Numbered from the whole stretch's first letter, positions 19,412 to 29,961 are shown. The stretch is 61,008 nt of DNA, filler included, from Acidimicrobiia bacterium (GCA_029210695.1; 4 parts of 4 records of this genome joined end to end with filler, not necessarily neighbours in it), one strand, 5' to 3'. Made by a program: numbers and translations. The notes: generated by a model not told the origin, from the letters alone.

Positions 19412-20254
19412 ATGACTACCTCACCCACCTCGACCACCCCTAATGCGTCCGCGGCGGCGGCCGCAGAGGCGGCCGAGTGGATGGCGATCGCCCGGGCCTG
19501 GCACCCCGGCCGGCAGCGTTCGGCGCTCGTCGACCTGCCGCCCACCGAGGCCGCCGTTGTGGCGCTCTTCAACCCCGCCGGTGAACTCGCCGAACGAGCC
19601 CATTCCTGGAAGTACGAGATTTCCAGCGGCGACCTCTCCGATCTGGCCCGGTTCGGGGCGGCGCTGGCCAGGGCCGAATCCGAGGCATGGGCAACCGACC
19701 GCGGCCACCTGGCGACGCGTGCCTACCAAGATCGCCGCTTCCTGCTCGGCGACCGGATACTGCATTGGGCCATCCCATGGCTCGACGCCGTAGCTCACCA
19801 GTATCCGACGGCGTTCGACGATGCCATGACCGCAAGAAGGGCATTGCTGGACCTGGCCGAACGGCTCCGGCCCGCACCCGCACTATCAGGCACCGAAGGT
19901 CTGGTCGTTCCCGGCTTCGACGGATACGGGCCACTCGATATGGACGTCCCCTTCGAGCAGGTCATGCTGTCGGTGTGGAGCGGTGCTGTGCTCCTGAACG
20001 GATACCTCACCGGGGTTTTCCACAAACCGGTGATCGGACGCGCTCTACCCCGAGGGTGGGACACCTACCCGGGTGCACGAGAAGCGCTCGAATCAACCTA
20101 CCGGTCGGCCGCCGCCCGGTGGGAAGAACTGGCGCTGAGCCGCCCCGGAAGTGCGCAACTCTGGCGCGACCTCGCCAACCGCGCCCGTCGCACAGCAGCC
20201 AAGCTCAATCGCTGGAAGCCGTACCGGGACATCTCCGACGAGTTGACCTGGTAG
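19412..20254 (+). CDS. TorD/DmsD-like molybdoenzyme maturation chaperone (divergent)
   Basis: RRFLLGDRILHWAIPWLDAV resembles the TorD C-terminal FL..HL..W motif; directly downstream of the Mo enzyme. Confidence 0.55.
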   Translation: MTTSPTSTTPNASAAAAAEAAEWMAIARAWHPGRQRSALVDLPPTEAAVVALFNPAGELAERAHSWKYEISSGDLSDLARFGAALARAESEAWATDRGHLATRAYQDRRFLLGDRILHWAIPWLDAVAHQYPTAFDDAMTARRALLDLAERLRPAPALSGTEGLVVPGFDGYGPLDMDVPFEQVMLSVWSGAVLLNGYLTGVFHKPVIGRALPRGWDTYPGAREALESTYRSAAARWEELALSRPGSAQLWRDLANRARRTAAKLNRWKPYRDISDELTW

Positions 20255-20354
20255 CGGGCCCTCCTATCCACCCACGTCTACCGGCATGCTTGGCGCCGGC
20301 CGGTTCAGCTGGAGAGAGACCGCCATCCGGCTCTCGTTCACTATGGTTGCGGCC

Positions 20355-21446
20355 ATGACGCAGCCACCGATGCTCCGACCCCTGGCGATCGGCGAGATCA
20401 TCGACGCCGGGATCAAGATCTACCGCCGCAACTGGCGGGTGTTGTTCGGCATCACGGCCACCATCGTCATCCCGCTCCACATCCTCACCTTCGGCCTGAC
20501 CCTCGTGGCAGCCCAGCAGGTCGGCAACCTGGACGACCTCGACTTCACGGCCACCGACTTCGACCCGACCTTCATCTTCTCCCTGATCGGTGTTGCCATC
20601 CTCTCGGGGCTCATCAGCCTGCTGGCTCTGCTGGTCGTCAACGCGGCCGCGCTACGCGCCGTCGCAGACGGTTACATGGGCATTCAGCCCGATCGAACTT
20701 CCTCGATTGCGCTGGCAATCCAACGCCTCGGGACTCTGATCGGGAACACGATCCTCCAGGTGCTGGCCATCGGTGCGATCTTCGTCTTACCTATCGTCAT
20801 GCTGGCATTCGGGGCCGCCAGCGATGGTGGGGCTTCAGCTATCGCCGTGCTCGTCGGTATCCTCGCCATCCTGGCCGGCAGTCTGATCGCGGTGTGGCTG
20901 GGAATCTCGTGGACGGTCGCCGTACCGGCCATCATGGTCGAGCGGTCGGGCGCGGCGGAGGCCCTCGGCCGCTCAATGCGATTGATCCGTGGCCGCTGGT
21001 GGCCGGTGTTCGGCGTGATCATCCTGGTGGCGATCATCCGCTCGGTAATCGGAGCCGTGACGGGCATCGGTTCGGGCATCGTGTTCTTCGCGGCCCCAGA
21101 CAACATCGTCCTCACTGCAGTGGTCGACACGCTCCAGTCGATCCTGACCGACCTCGTGCTCCTGCCGTTCGCGGCCGCCATCACTGCCGTCCTCTACTTC
21201 GACCTCAGAGTCCGCAAGGAAGGGTTCGATCTCGAACTCCTCGCCCGTTCGATCGGATCGGACTGGGCGGGCACCGCCGCCACACCACCGGCCGGCTGGA
21301 CTGCCCCTCCGGCCGCTCCGCCGTCCGACCCGTCGCGCTGGAGTGCCCAACCTCCCCTTTCTCCTTCTCCAGAAGGACCAACCCAGCCGCCGCCCCCGAC
21401 GCCGGGCGGATCCCCGTGGGACCGCGGACCTACCGACGGCGGATAG
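20355..21446 (+). CDS. Integral membrane protein of the MoxR/DUF58 operon
   Basis: LRPLAIGEIIDAGIKIYRRNW, ALGRSMRLIRGRWW, LYFDLRVRKEGFDL. Confidence 0.8.
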   Translation: MTQPPMLRPLAIGEIIDAGIKIYRRNWRVLFGITATIVIPLHILTFGLTLVAAQQVGNLDDLDFTATDFDPTFIFSLIGVAILSGLISLLALLVVNAAALRAVADGYMGIQPDRTSSIALAIQRLGTLIGNTILQVLAIGAIFVLPIVMLAFGAASDGGASAIAVLVGILAILAGSLIAVWLGISWTVAVPAIMVERSGAAEALGRSMRLIRGRWWPVFGVIILVAIIRSVIGAVTGIGSGIVFFAAPDNIVLTAVVDTLQSILTDLVLLPFAAAITAVLYFDLRVRKEGFDLELLARSIGSDWAGTAATPPAGWTAPPAAPPSDPSRWSAQPPLSPSPEGPTQPPPPTPGGSPWDRGPTDGG

Positions 21447-22138
21447 TGGCGGGAGCCGTCGCCGGCCTGGCCGCGTTCGGACTCCTGGCGACCGGAGCCG
21501 GTGCGACCGCCCAGTCCGCAGACGGCTTCGGCCTCCCCGCCGAGGACGCTCGCCGCATCGTCAATGACATCCTCACCGACCCCCGCTTCACCTCGCGCCG
21601 GAACGAAACCATCTTCACAAAACTGGGACGCGCCCTGACCGGCTTCGTCCAGCAGGCCATCAACTGGTTCAACCGGGTCGTCCTCGGCGTTGGGGACGAT
21701 TCGGCGGGAGGCAGATTCGTGTTCTGGACGATCGTCACGGTGCTCATCATCGTGATCGCCGCCGTCGTCGCCTCACGACTGGCCCGGAGAAGATCTGAAG
21801 CAGAGGCGGTTGCCCGCCGCCAACACGAGGAGGCTGTGCCGACGGAAACCCCCGAGGCTCTTGAACAGCAGGCTGAGGTGGCGTTGACCGAGGGGCGTAA
21901 CGAGGACGCGGTCCGCCTGTACTACCAGGCAGGCCTGATCCGACTGGGTGACCGGGGAGTCATCGAGTACCGACCATCGCTCACCAGCGGAGAGGTAGCC
22001 GACCGGCTGCGCCTGGCGGTCTTCGATCACATCGCCGGGAGTTTCGACTCCATCGCCTACGGGCATCGCCCCGCCGGTCCGGACGAAGTGACCACGGCAA
22101 AGCGCAGCTGGCAGGAGCTACTCGGAGAACCCCGATGA
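21446..22138 (+). CDS. DUF4129 domain protein
   Basis: AVRLYYQAGLIRL...SLTSGEV...FDSIAYG; GTG start overlaps upstream stop. Confidence 0.8.
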   Translation: MAGAVAGLAAFGLLATGAGATAQSADGFGLPAEDARRIVNDILTDPRFTSRRNETIFTKLGRALTGFVQQAINWFNRVVLGVGDDSAGGRFVFWTIVTVLIIVIAAVVASRLARRRSEAEAVARRQHEEAVPTETPEALEQQAEVALTEGRNEDAVRLYYQAGLIRLGDRGVIEYRPSLTSGEVADRLRLAVFDHIAGSFDSIAYGHRPAGPDEVTTAKRSWQELLGEPR

Positions 22139-23253
22139 TCGGCAAGGGCCGCGTCGCCCTCATCGTCACCATCATCCTGGTCATCAACCTCGGGGTCATC
22201 CTCACCGACGCACTAGTAGACACTGAGCAGATCGCCGGTCCGGCGGCCTCCTCGTATGTGACGACCGGCGAGGGGGTGGCCGCCTGGTACGAACTCCTCG
22301 ACCGCACCGGTCATCCCGTCAGTCGCGCCAGGTCTCCGCGCCCCGATCTCGATTCCGCCACCACCGTTGTCGTCATCGAACCCTTCCCGGACCGGATCGA
22401 TTCGGCCGGGCTGGAGGCGCTCACCGCCTTCGTCGAATCCGGCGGACGTCTGATTGCCGGGGGCGCTCTGCCCGATTGGCTGCGTGAGATCGCAGGCAAC
22501 GAGCTCACCTGGTCGCCATCCCCGGCCGGCACCGCACGGCCCGTCGACCCCGCCCCCGAAACGGGGTACGTCGGATCAGTGGCTGTCAACAGCATCGGAG
22601 CATGGCGTGGCCTGCCGTCTGGAGCCATCCCGCTCCTGGCAGACGGAGACGGTGACGTCACGGCGGCCGCCCTGGACATGGGCTCCGGCCGGATCATCCT
22701 GCTGGCCGACACCACAGCCCTAACCAACGCGGCGATCGGAACGGCGGACAACGCCTCATTTGCACTGGGGATCGCAGGCGAAGATGGCCGGCCGGTGGTG
22801 TTCTCCGAATACGTCCACGGGTACACAGACGAAGAAGGGCTCACCGCCCTGCCGGACTCGTGGCTATGGGCCATGGGCCTGGGCCTGGCCGCCCTCCTCA
22901 CCTACCTCATTGCGATCGGTCGACGATTCGGACCACCAGAAGAGCCAGACCGCGTTTTCGCCCCGGCTCGTCGCGAGTACCTCGACGCTCTGGCGGGTTC
23001 GCTGGTTCGGACCGGCCGGCCGGACGTTGCCACCGCACCGATCCGGGCGGCCGCCCGCCGGTTGATCGCCGCCCGGGGTGGTTTGTCGCCCGATGCCACC
23101 ACAGACGGAATTATCGCGGCCGCTCGCCGTCTGGAGCTCAACGACGACGAAATCGCTTCGATCATCCGCTCCTCCCATGACGAGGCAGCGCTGATCACCT
23201 CGGGGAGGGTCCTTGCCCGGCTGACCAGGAACGAGCGCCCTTCGACGGATTAG
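22135..23253 (+). CDS. DUF4350 domain protein
   Basis: GVAAWYELL, FVESGGRLI, GSGRIILLAD...TNAAI...DNASFA, GRRFGPP. Confidence 0.8.
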   Translation: MIGKGRVALIVTIILVINLGVILTDALVDTEQIAGPAASSYVTTGEGVAAWYELLDRTGHPVSRARSPRPDLDSATTVVVIEPFPDRIDSAGLEALTAFVESGGRLIAGGALPDWLREIAGNELTWSPSPAGTARPVDPAPETGYVGSVAVNSIGAWRGLPSGAIPLLADGDGDVTAAALDMGSGRIILLADTTALTNAAIGTADNASFALGIAGEDGRPVVFSEYVHGYTDEEGLTALPDSWLWAMGLGLAALLTYLIAIGRRFGPPEEPDRVFAPARREYLDALAGSLVRTGRPDVATAPIRAAARRLIAARGGLSPDATTDGIIAAARRLELNDDEIASIIRSSHDEAALITSGRVLARLTRNERPSTD

Positions 23254-23358
23254 GCCGCCGCGCGGAAGGTCACAACTCACCCACCCAGCGCGAATGTGAC
23301 CAACGACCCTAAAGCGAACCTCCCCCAGCGGTCACCCTGTACTGAACGGGAGGTGGCG

Positions 23359-24315
23359 ATGATCTCGACCACATTGACTGGTTTCGTGCTGGAGTGCAGC
23401 GGAATCCGGAAGACATTCGGCGATCTGGTGGCGGTCGATGGGGTTGGATTTCACATCGCCCCCGGGGAGACCTACGGATTGCTCGGACCCAACGGGGCGG
23501 GCAAGACCACCACGATCTCGATCATCGCCGGACTTCTCGAAAGAGACGCAGGCGAGGTGTTGGTCGCCGGTGAAGTCATGGACCCGCAATCGACGGCCGC
23601 CAAACGGCACGTCGGTCTGGTTCCCCAGGATCTCGCCATCTACCCCGACCTCGACGCTCGCGAGAACCTTCGTTTCTTCGGCAAGCTCTACGGGATGCGA
23701 GGAGCCGAATTGAACCAACGGGTCGACGAGGTACTCGACATCATCGAACTGCGCGATCGGGCCGGGGATCGGTCCGAGGAGTACTCGGGCGGGATGAAGC
23801 GACGCCTCAACATCGGCATCGGGTTGCTGCACCGTCCGACCCTCCTCATCCTCGACGAACCGACGGTGGGGGTTGACCCGCAAAGCCGCAACGCCATCCT
23901 CGAGAGTGTCGAACGACTGGGTGAGCAAGGGATGGCCGTTCTCTACACAACCCATTACATGGAAGAGGCAGAACGCCTCTGCGACCGGATCGGGATCATC
24001 GATCACGGGACCATCCGGGCGGAGGGAACGCAGCAGGAACTCGTGCAACTGGTCGGCCAGCGCGACCGGGTTCGCCTCGTGGCGACCGGGAATCTCACCG
24101 CCGGAGCAGCCGTCCTCGGCGCTCTCACCGATGTCGATGAGAGTGCCGTCACTGCCGACGGCATCGATCTCATCGTCAGAGCAGCCCACAACCGGCTCCC
24201 TGAGATCCTGGCGGCAGCCACCAGCACAGGAGTGTCCGTCGCCGGAGTCGATGTCGATACCGCCAATCTGGAAGCCCTCTTCCTCCACCTCACCGGCCGG
24301 GCGTTGCGGGAGTGA
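23359..24315 (+). CDS. ABC-2 type transporter ATP-binding protein
   Basis: GPNGAGKTT, YSGGMKRR, LILDEPT, TTHYMEE. Confidence 0.95.
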   Translation: MISTTLTGFVLECSGIRKTFGDLVAVDGVGFHIAPGETYGLLGPNGAGKTTTISIIAGLLERDAGEVLVAGEVMDPQSTAAKRHVGLVPQDLAIYPDLDARENLRFFGKLYGMRGAELNQRVDEVLDIIELRDRAGDRSEEYSGGMKRRLNIGIGLLHRPTLLILDEPTVGVDPQSRNAILESVERLGEQGMAVLYTTHYMEEAERLCDRIGIIDHGTIRAEGTQQELVQLVGQRDRVRLVATGNLTAGAAVLGALTDVDESAVTADGIDLIVRAAHNRLPEILAAATSTGVSVAGVDVDTANLEALFLHLTGRALRE

Positions 24316-24318
24316 ATC

Positions 24319-25512
24319 ATGAGCACCGCCTGGACCATCGCCACTAAGGACCTGAAAGAACGACTCCGCGACCGCTCCGCCTACATCATGGGTATTGTCG
24401 CCCCGCTGGCGCTGGCTCTGATCTTCGGGTTCGCCCTCAATCCACTGAAGAACTACGAATTCAGCGCTACCTATGCCGCAGTCGACCTCGACGGCAGTGA
24501 GGTCAGCCGCCTGTTCGTCGACGACGTCCTGCGGCAGGCTCCTGGAGTCGAGGTGCTTCAGCTCGCCACACCCGAGGAAGGTTTGGCGCTGGTCGACAGC
24601 GATGGGAACCCGTTCGCGGAGACCGAGGGAACGACTGCCGACGCCCTGTTCATCATTCCCCGCGGATTCGGGGCGGATGTGCAATCGGAGCGCGAAGTCG
24701 ATCTGCAGGTGGTCGGTAACGCGATGGCGGAGTCCAACGCCGGTATCGCGGTCGCCCTCGCCCAGGGCTACGCGAGCGAACTCACCTCGGTGCGGATCAC
24801 CGTGGCGACGGTCGAAGGGCTGCTGCAACACGAAGTAGACCGATTCACCACCGGCCTGGCAGTCCTGGCCACCCCCTACCCGACCACCATCACCGACATC
24901 TCCGCCGAGACCAGGCAACTCGATGGCATCACCTTCTACGCAGCGGGGATGGCGATGTTCTTCCTTTTCTTCTCGGTGCAGTTCGGAGTCACCAGCCTCC
25001 TGGAAGAGCGCCAGGCCGGCACCCTGTCGAGGCTTCTCGCAGCACCGATCTCCAGGCGATCGATCATCACCGGCAAGCTGATCAGCGCCTTCCTGGTCGG
25101 GATAGTCAGCGTGACAGTGCTGATGATCACCACCACGCTCGTGCTCGAGGCCGACTGGGGCAACCCGGTCGGGGTCGCTCTGCTGGTGGTGGCGGCGGTG
25201 CTGTCTGCGATGGGCATCACCGCCCTCATCAGTTCGTTCGCTCGCACGGCGGAACAGGCAACTTCGATGGTGACGGTGGCAGGCGTCATCCTCGGATTTC
25301 TCGGAGGGACCTTTTTCGACGTCGCCCAGGCCGGCGGGATCGTCGCCGACCTCCGATTCGTCTCGCCGCACGGATGGTTCATGCAGGGACTGGCCGATCT
25401 GAGCGCCGGCGATCTCGGCGCCGTCGTGGTGCCGGTGCTGGTGCTGCTCGCCTTCGGCCTGGTGACGGGGGCTATGGGTATGGCGGGGATAGGAAAGGGG
25501 TTGCGACCATGA
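24319..25512 (+). CDS. ABC-2 type transporter permease
   Basis: KDLKERLRDR, EERQAGTLSRLLAAP, multiple TM helices. Confidence 0.9.
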   Translation: MSTAWTIATKDLKERLRDRSAYIMGIVAPLALALIFGFALNPLKNYEFSATYAAVDLDGSEVSRLFVDDVLRQAPGVEVLQLATPEEGLALVDSDGNPFAETEGTTADALFIIPRGFGADVQSEREVDLQVVGNAMAESNAGIAVALAQGYASELTSVRITVATVEGLLQHEVDRFTTGLAVLATPYPTTITDISAETRQLDGITFYAAGMAMFFLFFSVQFGVTSLLEERQAGTLSRLLAAPISRRSIITGKLISAFLVGIVSVTVLMITTTLVLEADWGNPVGVALLVVAAVLSAMGITALISSFARTAEQATSMVTVAGVILGFLGGTFFDVAQAGGIVADLRFVSPHGWFMQGLADLSAGDLGAVVVPVLVLLAFGLVTGAMGMAGIGKGLRP

Positions 25513-26678
25513 AAGCCGTCGCGATCGCCGCGGTCAGTCTGCGGAGATTCTTCCGGGACCGGTCCAACATCTTCTCCGCGTTCTTGTTCCCGGTGATCCT
25601 CGTCTTGCTTCTCGGGTCGATGCAGGGCGGGGCCTCCAACCCGCGACTCGGTTTCAATGCAGAGACACCGGACGACCTCTCCGCCGGACTCCTCGACGGC
25701 CTCGAGGCGGTCGAGGGGTTCGTGGTCATCGAGTTCGACTCCGAAGCAGCGACCGTTCGCGCCGTCGAACGCGGTGAGATCGAAGCAGGTTTGATCGTCC
25801 CGGCCGGCTTCGCCCCGACCCTGCAAGCAGGCGGCGACATTGAACTGCGGTACGTGAGCCGGGCCAAAGACGGACTCCAGGGCATCGAAACAGCCATCCG
25901 GTCTGTCGTCGCCCGCCAGTCGACGCTGCTGCGGACCGCTCGTTTCGCTGAACAGCAAGGAGCAGGAAGCTTCGAGGATGCGCTGGCGATGGCCGCCGAG
26001 GCCCAGATCTCACTTCCGCCCGTTGAGGTCGTTGCCACGAGTGCCGGCGAACCGTTCGCCCTGGCGGGCCTCGGGCAGTTCGATATCTGGTCGCAGACGA
26101 CGCTCGTGCTGTTCATCTTCCTGACCACCCTCCAGGGAGCGGCAGCCCTCGTACAGTCCAGACGATACGGGGTCACCCGCAGAATGATCTCCACTCCGAC
26201 CTCCGTCCGCACGGTCTTGTTCGGCGAAGGGCTCAGTCGCCTGGCCATCGCCCTCGTGCAAGGCATCGTCGTATTTGTCGGCACATGGCTGATCTTCGGG
26301 GTCGATTGGGGAAATCCATTGCTGGCACTCCTCGTCCTGGTCATGTTCGCCATCGTGTCCAGCGGAGCGGCCATGCTGCTCGGTGCGGTCGCCTCCAACG
26401 ACCAGCAGGCCGGCAGCCTGGGAACAATGTTCGGACTCGGCCTGGCGGCATTGGGCGGAGCGATGTTTCCCCTGGCCGCCCTGGAATTCCTGTCGACGAC
26501 CGTCTGGCGAGTAGCCCACATCACCCCGCATGCCTGGGCGCTGGAGGCCTTCGAAGAACTCGTCGCGTACAACGGGGGCTTCGCCGAAATCGCCGGGTTC
26601 CTAGCCATTCTGGCCGGGTACGCCGTCGTGTTCTTCGCTCTCGGCACCTGGCGACTGCGAGCGGTCCTCACGCGCTAG
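25509..26678 (+). CDS. ABC-2 type transporter permease
   Basis: LRRFFRDR, RRYGVTRRMISTP, LGGAMFP; ATGA overlap with previous gene. Confidence 0.9.
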   Translation: MKAVAIAAVSLRRFFRDRSNIFSAFLFPVILVLLLGSMQGGASNPRLGFNAETPDDLSAGLLDGLEAVEGFVVIEFDSEAATVRAVERGEIEAGLIVPAGFAPTLQAGGDIELRYVSRAKDGLQGIETAIRSVVARQSTLLRTARFAEQQGAGSFEDALAMAAEAQISLPPVEVVATSAGEPFALAGLGQFDIWSQTTLVLFIFLTTLQGAAALVQSRRYGVTRRMISTPTSVRTVLFGEGLSRLAIALVQGIVVFVGTWLIFGVDWGNPLLALLVLVMFAIVSSGAAMLLGAVASNDQQAGSLGTMFGLGLAALGGAMFPLAALEFLSTTVWRVAHITPHAWALEAFEELVAYNGGFAEIAGFLAILAGYAVVFFALGTWRLRAVLTR

Positions 26679-26693
26679 CCGTGGCGCCCCTGC

Positions 26694-28883
26694 TCAGACG
26701 GCCCCGTTGGCACGAGCGCGGGCGCCGGCAACCCGGCGCACCGCTCGCTCCATTTCGGGCACATCCGTAAGCAACTCCTCGAACCGACGGCAATCGAGAC
26801 TGAGGGCCGTGGTCGGCGTGACCGCCGTGACCGTGGCGTTGCGGGGAGCGTCGTCGAGCAGGGCCATCTCGCCGAAGAAGTCTCCATCCTCGAGATGAGC
26901 AACGACCTGTCTGCCATCACCAGCACCGGTCACCACCTCGACCACGCCTCGCACAATCACGTAGAAGCGATCGCCCGGCTCGCCCTCCTCGAACACGACC
27001 GCCCCCTGGTGGTACTGCTCAGCCGCGAACCGGCCTGCGAGGCTTTCGAGTTGGGCGTGCGGGAGTCCGGAGAAGAGCGCCATTGCGCCCAGCCGCTCGG
27101 CCGTCACCGAGGCCGACCGGCCATCTCGGCTGATGGTGAAACCTTGCTGTTTCTTCCACATCTCGGTGAACGTACCGCCCGCCTTCTCCAGTTGATCGAA
27201 GCTCCCGGTCTCGTCGATCGTGCCATCGCGCATCACGACGATCAGGTCTGCATTCACAGCAGTCTGGAGCCGGTGGGTCACCATGATGACTGTGCGCCCG
27301 TGGCGAAGTCGCTCGATTGCGTCTACGACATCGACTTCCGTCGATGGGTCGAGCGCTGAGGTTGCTTCGTCGAGTAGCAGAAGTGGCGGTCGTCGCAGGA
27401 GGGCGCGGGCCAATCCGATGCGCTGGGCCTGACCGCCCGAGAGCTGCCTCCCGCTCTCCCCGACGACGGTGTCGAGACCGGCGGGCAGCCGCTCGACGAG
27501 TTCACTCAGCCCGGCGGCCGCAATCGCCGCCTCGAGCTGATCGGTGCTGGCGCCCGGATCGGCGAGCAGGATGTTTTCGCCGAGTGTGACATTGAATAGG
27601 AACGTCTCCTGGAAGAGGACGCCCATCATTGCGCGCATCTCCAGCGGGTCGATTTCGGTCAGATCGACGGAGTCGATCGTGGTGCGACCTGCGTCGGGAT
27701 CGAAGAACCGCATCAACAACGCCAGCAGCGTGCTCTTCCCGGATCCGCTCGCTCCCACAATCGCGACATAGGTTCCGGCTTCGATGGTGAGGTTCACGTC
27801 GTGAAGTTGAGGTGCACCATCCGGCGAGTAGCTGAAACGAACGTCCTCGAACTGGATCGCGGTTTCCAGCGTAGGGGCCGCGCCACGGGACGCGTCTCCG
27901 ATCACGGCCGGCACCGTTGCCAGCAGAGAATCGATCCGACGGACGCCACTCCAGGCTTTCCTGATCTCCGGGAGTACGTCCCGTCCGATCACCTGCGTCT
28001 CCCAGGTGAATTCGACGAGCAAAGCGACGAAGGCTGCGAGCGTCCCGGCTTCGAGCGTCCCCCCGAGCGCGAGAACGGCGCCCATCCCCACGATCACAAC
28101 CTGCACGAGCGCTACCGAGTACTCGGAGAGCGTGGCCACCAACTGAATCCGGAATTCTGCACGAGAGGAGGCGGCGTGTAGCTCCTCGATTCGGCTCCGA
28201 AATCTCGCATCCGACCAGGTGTGCAGGCTGAACGCCCGGATAATCGGTTGGGCCCGAAGGTTCTCCGAAACCTCACTCAACACGCCGGCGATCTTCCGTT
28301 TCTCGTCGTCGAGGGCGCGATCGGGGTCGGGTGCGTAGCGGTTGACGAGGTACACGACGAGGGGCATGGCCAGGATGGCGGGCAACGCCAGGCGGAGTTC
28401 GAGAGCAACCATGACGGGAACGTAGAAGACCAGCGCAACAACGCTCGTCAATCCGACGATCGGCTGCTTGATGACCCCGCCGGAGAGCTGGGAGATATCA
28501 GAAGAGAAGCGGGCCAGGAGATCACCGGCCTGCGACCGGCGATGGAAACCCATCGACAGCTCCTGGAGTCTCTCGAACAAGGACGTTCTGACGTCGGCCA
28601 GGATGTCGGCTCCTGCCCGTGCTGCCAGGTAGCCATTGAATACGCTGGCGGCCGCAGAGATCAGAAACCCGGAGACCAGCAACAGAACGATGAGCCCGAC
28701 CGACATATCGGGTTGACCGACCACTCCGTCGATGATGAGCTTGATGCTCAGCGCCAGGATGACGGTAAAGACCGTCTTGAGCAACATCGTTGCGATCAGT
28801 CCTGCCCCGAGCCATCGATGTGGTCGCCAGAAAGCAAGTATGCGTCGCAGCAACGAAGGTCCCCCTCGAATCGTCGAATGCAT
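26694..28883 (-). CDS. ABCB-type exporter (TMD+NBD) with C-terminal cyclic-nucleotide-binding domain
   Basis: GDLLARFSSD, GASGSGKST, LSGGQAQR, LLLDEAT; C-terminal EGEPGDRFYVI...GDFFGEMALL...PRNATV. Confidence 0.9.
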   Translation of the reverse strand: MHSTIRGGPSLLRRILAFWRPHRWLGAGLIATMLLKTVFTVILALSIKLIIDGVVGQPDMSVGLIVLLLVSGFLISAAASVFNGYLAARAGADILADVRTSLFERLQELSMGFHRRSQAGDLLARFSSDISQLSGGVIKQPIVGLTSVVALVFYVPVMVALELRLALPAILAMPLVVYLVNRYAPDPDRALDDEKRKIAGVLSEVSENLRAQPIIRAFSLHTWSDARFRSRIEELHAASSRAEFRIQLVATLSEYSVALVQVVIVGMGAVLALGGTLEAGTLAAFVALLVEFTWETQVIGRDVLPEIRKAWSGVRRIDSLLATVPAVIGDASRGAAPTLETAIQFEDVRFSYSPDGAPQLHDVNLTIEAGTYVAIVGASGSGKSTLLALLMRFFDPDAGRTTIDSVDLTEIDPLEMRAMMGVLFQETFLFNVTLGENILLADPGASTDQLEAAIAAAGLSELVERLPAGLDTVVGESGRQLSGGQAQRIGLARALLRRPPLLLLDEATSALDPSTEVDVVDAIERLRHGRTVIMVTHRLQTAVNADLIVVMRDGTIDETGSFDQLEKAGGTFTEMWKKQQGFTISRDGRSASVTAERLGAMALFSGLPHAQLESLAGRFAAEQYHQGAVVFEEGEPGDRFYVIVRGVVEVVTGAGDGRQVVAHLEDGDFFGEMALLDDAPRNATVTAVTPTTALSLDCRRFEELLTDVPEMERAVRRVAGARARANGAV

Positions 28884-28914
28884 CAAGCTAGTTGATGAAC
28901 GAGAGCAAATGGGA

Positions 28915-28980
28915 GGCAATTGGCAATTGGCAATTGGCCCCGTCGCCAGGCCATAGGCATTAGGCCATGAGCAATAGGCA
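28915..28980. repeat. Heptamer tandem tracts
   Basis: (ggcaatt)x3 then gccatag gcattag gccatga gcaatag. Confidence 0.65.
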
Positions 28981-29013
28981 TCCGATGGGGATCCCCTCAC
29001 TAGGCTGCTTCGA

Positions 29014-29961
29014 TTGAGCCGGGAGCATTTGGTGAAGACGCTTCGAGATCGACTGGTAGCTGAGATCCGCAAGGTCGTGGTCGGCCAGGACTCCGCAATC
29101 GACGCGCTCCTCGTGGCCACCGTGGTCGGTGGTCATGTGCTCCTCGAAGGGGTGCCAGGCACCGGAAAGACCCTCCTCGCCAACGCAACTGCCAGAGCGC
29201 TGGGGATGGAATTCCGCCGGGCGCAGTTCACACCGGACATGCTCCCCTCCGACCTCACCGGAACCGTGACTCTCAGCAGGGGTGACCTCGCCTTTCGTCC
29301 AGGACCGATCTTCACCAACGTGCTCCTCGCCGATGAGATCAACCGGACACCTCCCAAGACGCAGGCCGCCTTGCTCGAGGCGATGGAAGAGCAGCAGGTC
29401 ACCGTAGATGGTGTCACTCACCCGCTCCCATCACCATTCCTGGTCGTGGCGACCCAGAATCCGATCGAGTATGAGGGCACCTACCCGCTCCCGGAAGCGC
29501 AACTCGACCGGTTCCTGATGAAGATCGACATCGACTACCCGTCGGAGGCCGAAGAGGTGGCGCTGCTCGGCCTGGGTCGGGCGGGGCTCAGGCCGGCGAC
29601 GCTGGTCGATGTCAACACGATCACCTCTTCCGACGAGATCCTCGGCATGCGGACGACGATCGATGCAACCCACGTCGAACCGGAGATCATCGCCTATGTT
29701 GCGACCCTGGTCCGCACCACCCGGACATTGCCGTCCGTCGAACTCGGTGCAAGCCCGCGCGCAGCAGTCCACCTCCTGGCTGCGGCCAGGGCTTTCGCAC
29801 GGATTGCCGGCCGCGACTTCGTCACCCCGGACGACATCCATAGGACGGCCCCGTCGGTGCTCCGCCACCGGTTGCTCATTCGCCCGGAGGCTGAGCTCGA
29901 GCGATATCGCGCCGACGACGCCGTGGCCGCTGCCCTGGCAGCGGTGCCAGTACCCAAGTGA
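29014..29961 (+). CDS. moxR: MoxR-family AAA+ ATPase
   Basis: GHVLLEGVPGTGKT, FTPDMLPSD, LADEINR, ATQNPIE, LPEAQLDRF, GASPR. Confidence 0.95.
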   Translation: MSREHLVKTLRDRLVAEIRKVVVGQDSAIDALLVATVVGGHVLLEGVPGTGKTLLANATARALGMEFRRAQFTPDMLPSDLTGTVTLSRGDLAFRPGPIFTNVLLADEINRTPPKTQAALLEAMEEQQVTVDGVTHPLPSPFLVVATQNPIEYEGTYPLPEAQLDRFLMKIDIDYPSEAEEVALLGLGRAGLRPATLVDVNTITSSDEILGMRTTIDATHVEPEIIAYVATLVRTTRTLPSVELGASPRAAVHLLAAARAFARIAGRDFVTPDDIHRTAPSVLRHRLLIRPEAELERYRADDAVAAALAAVPVPK

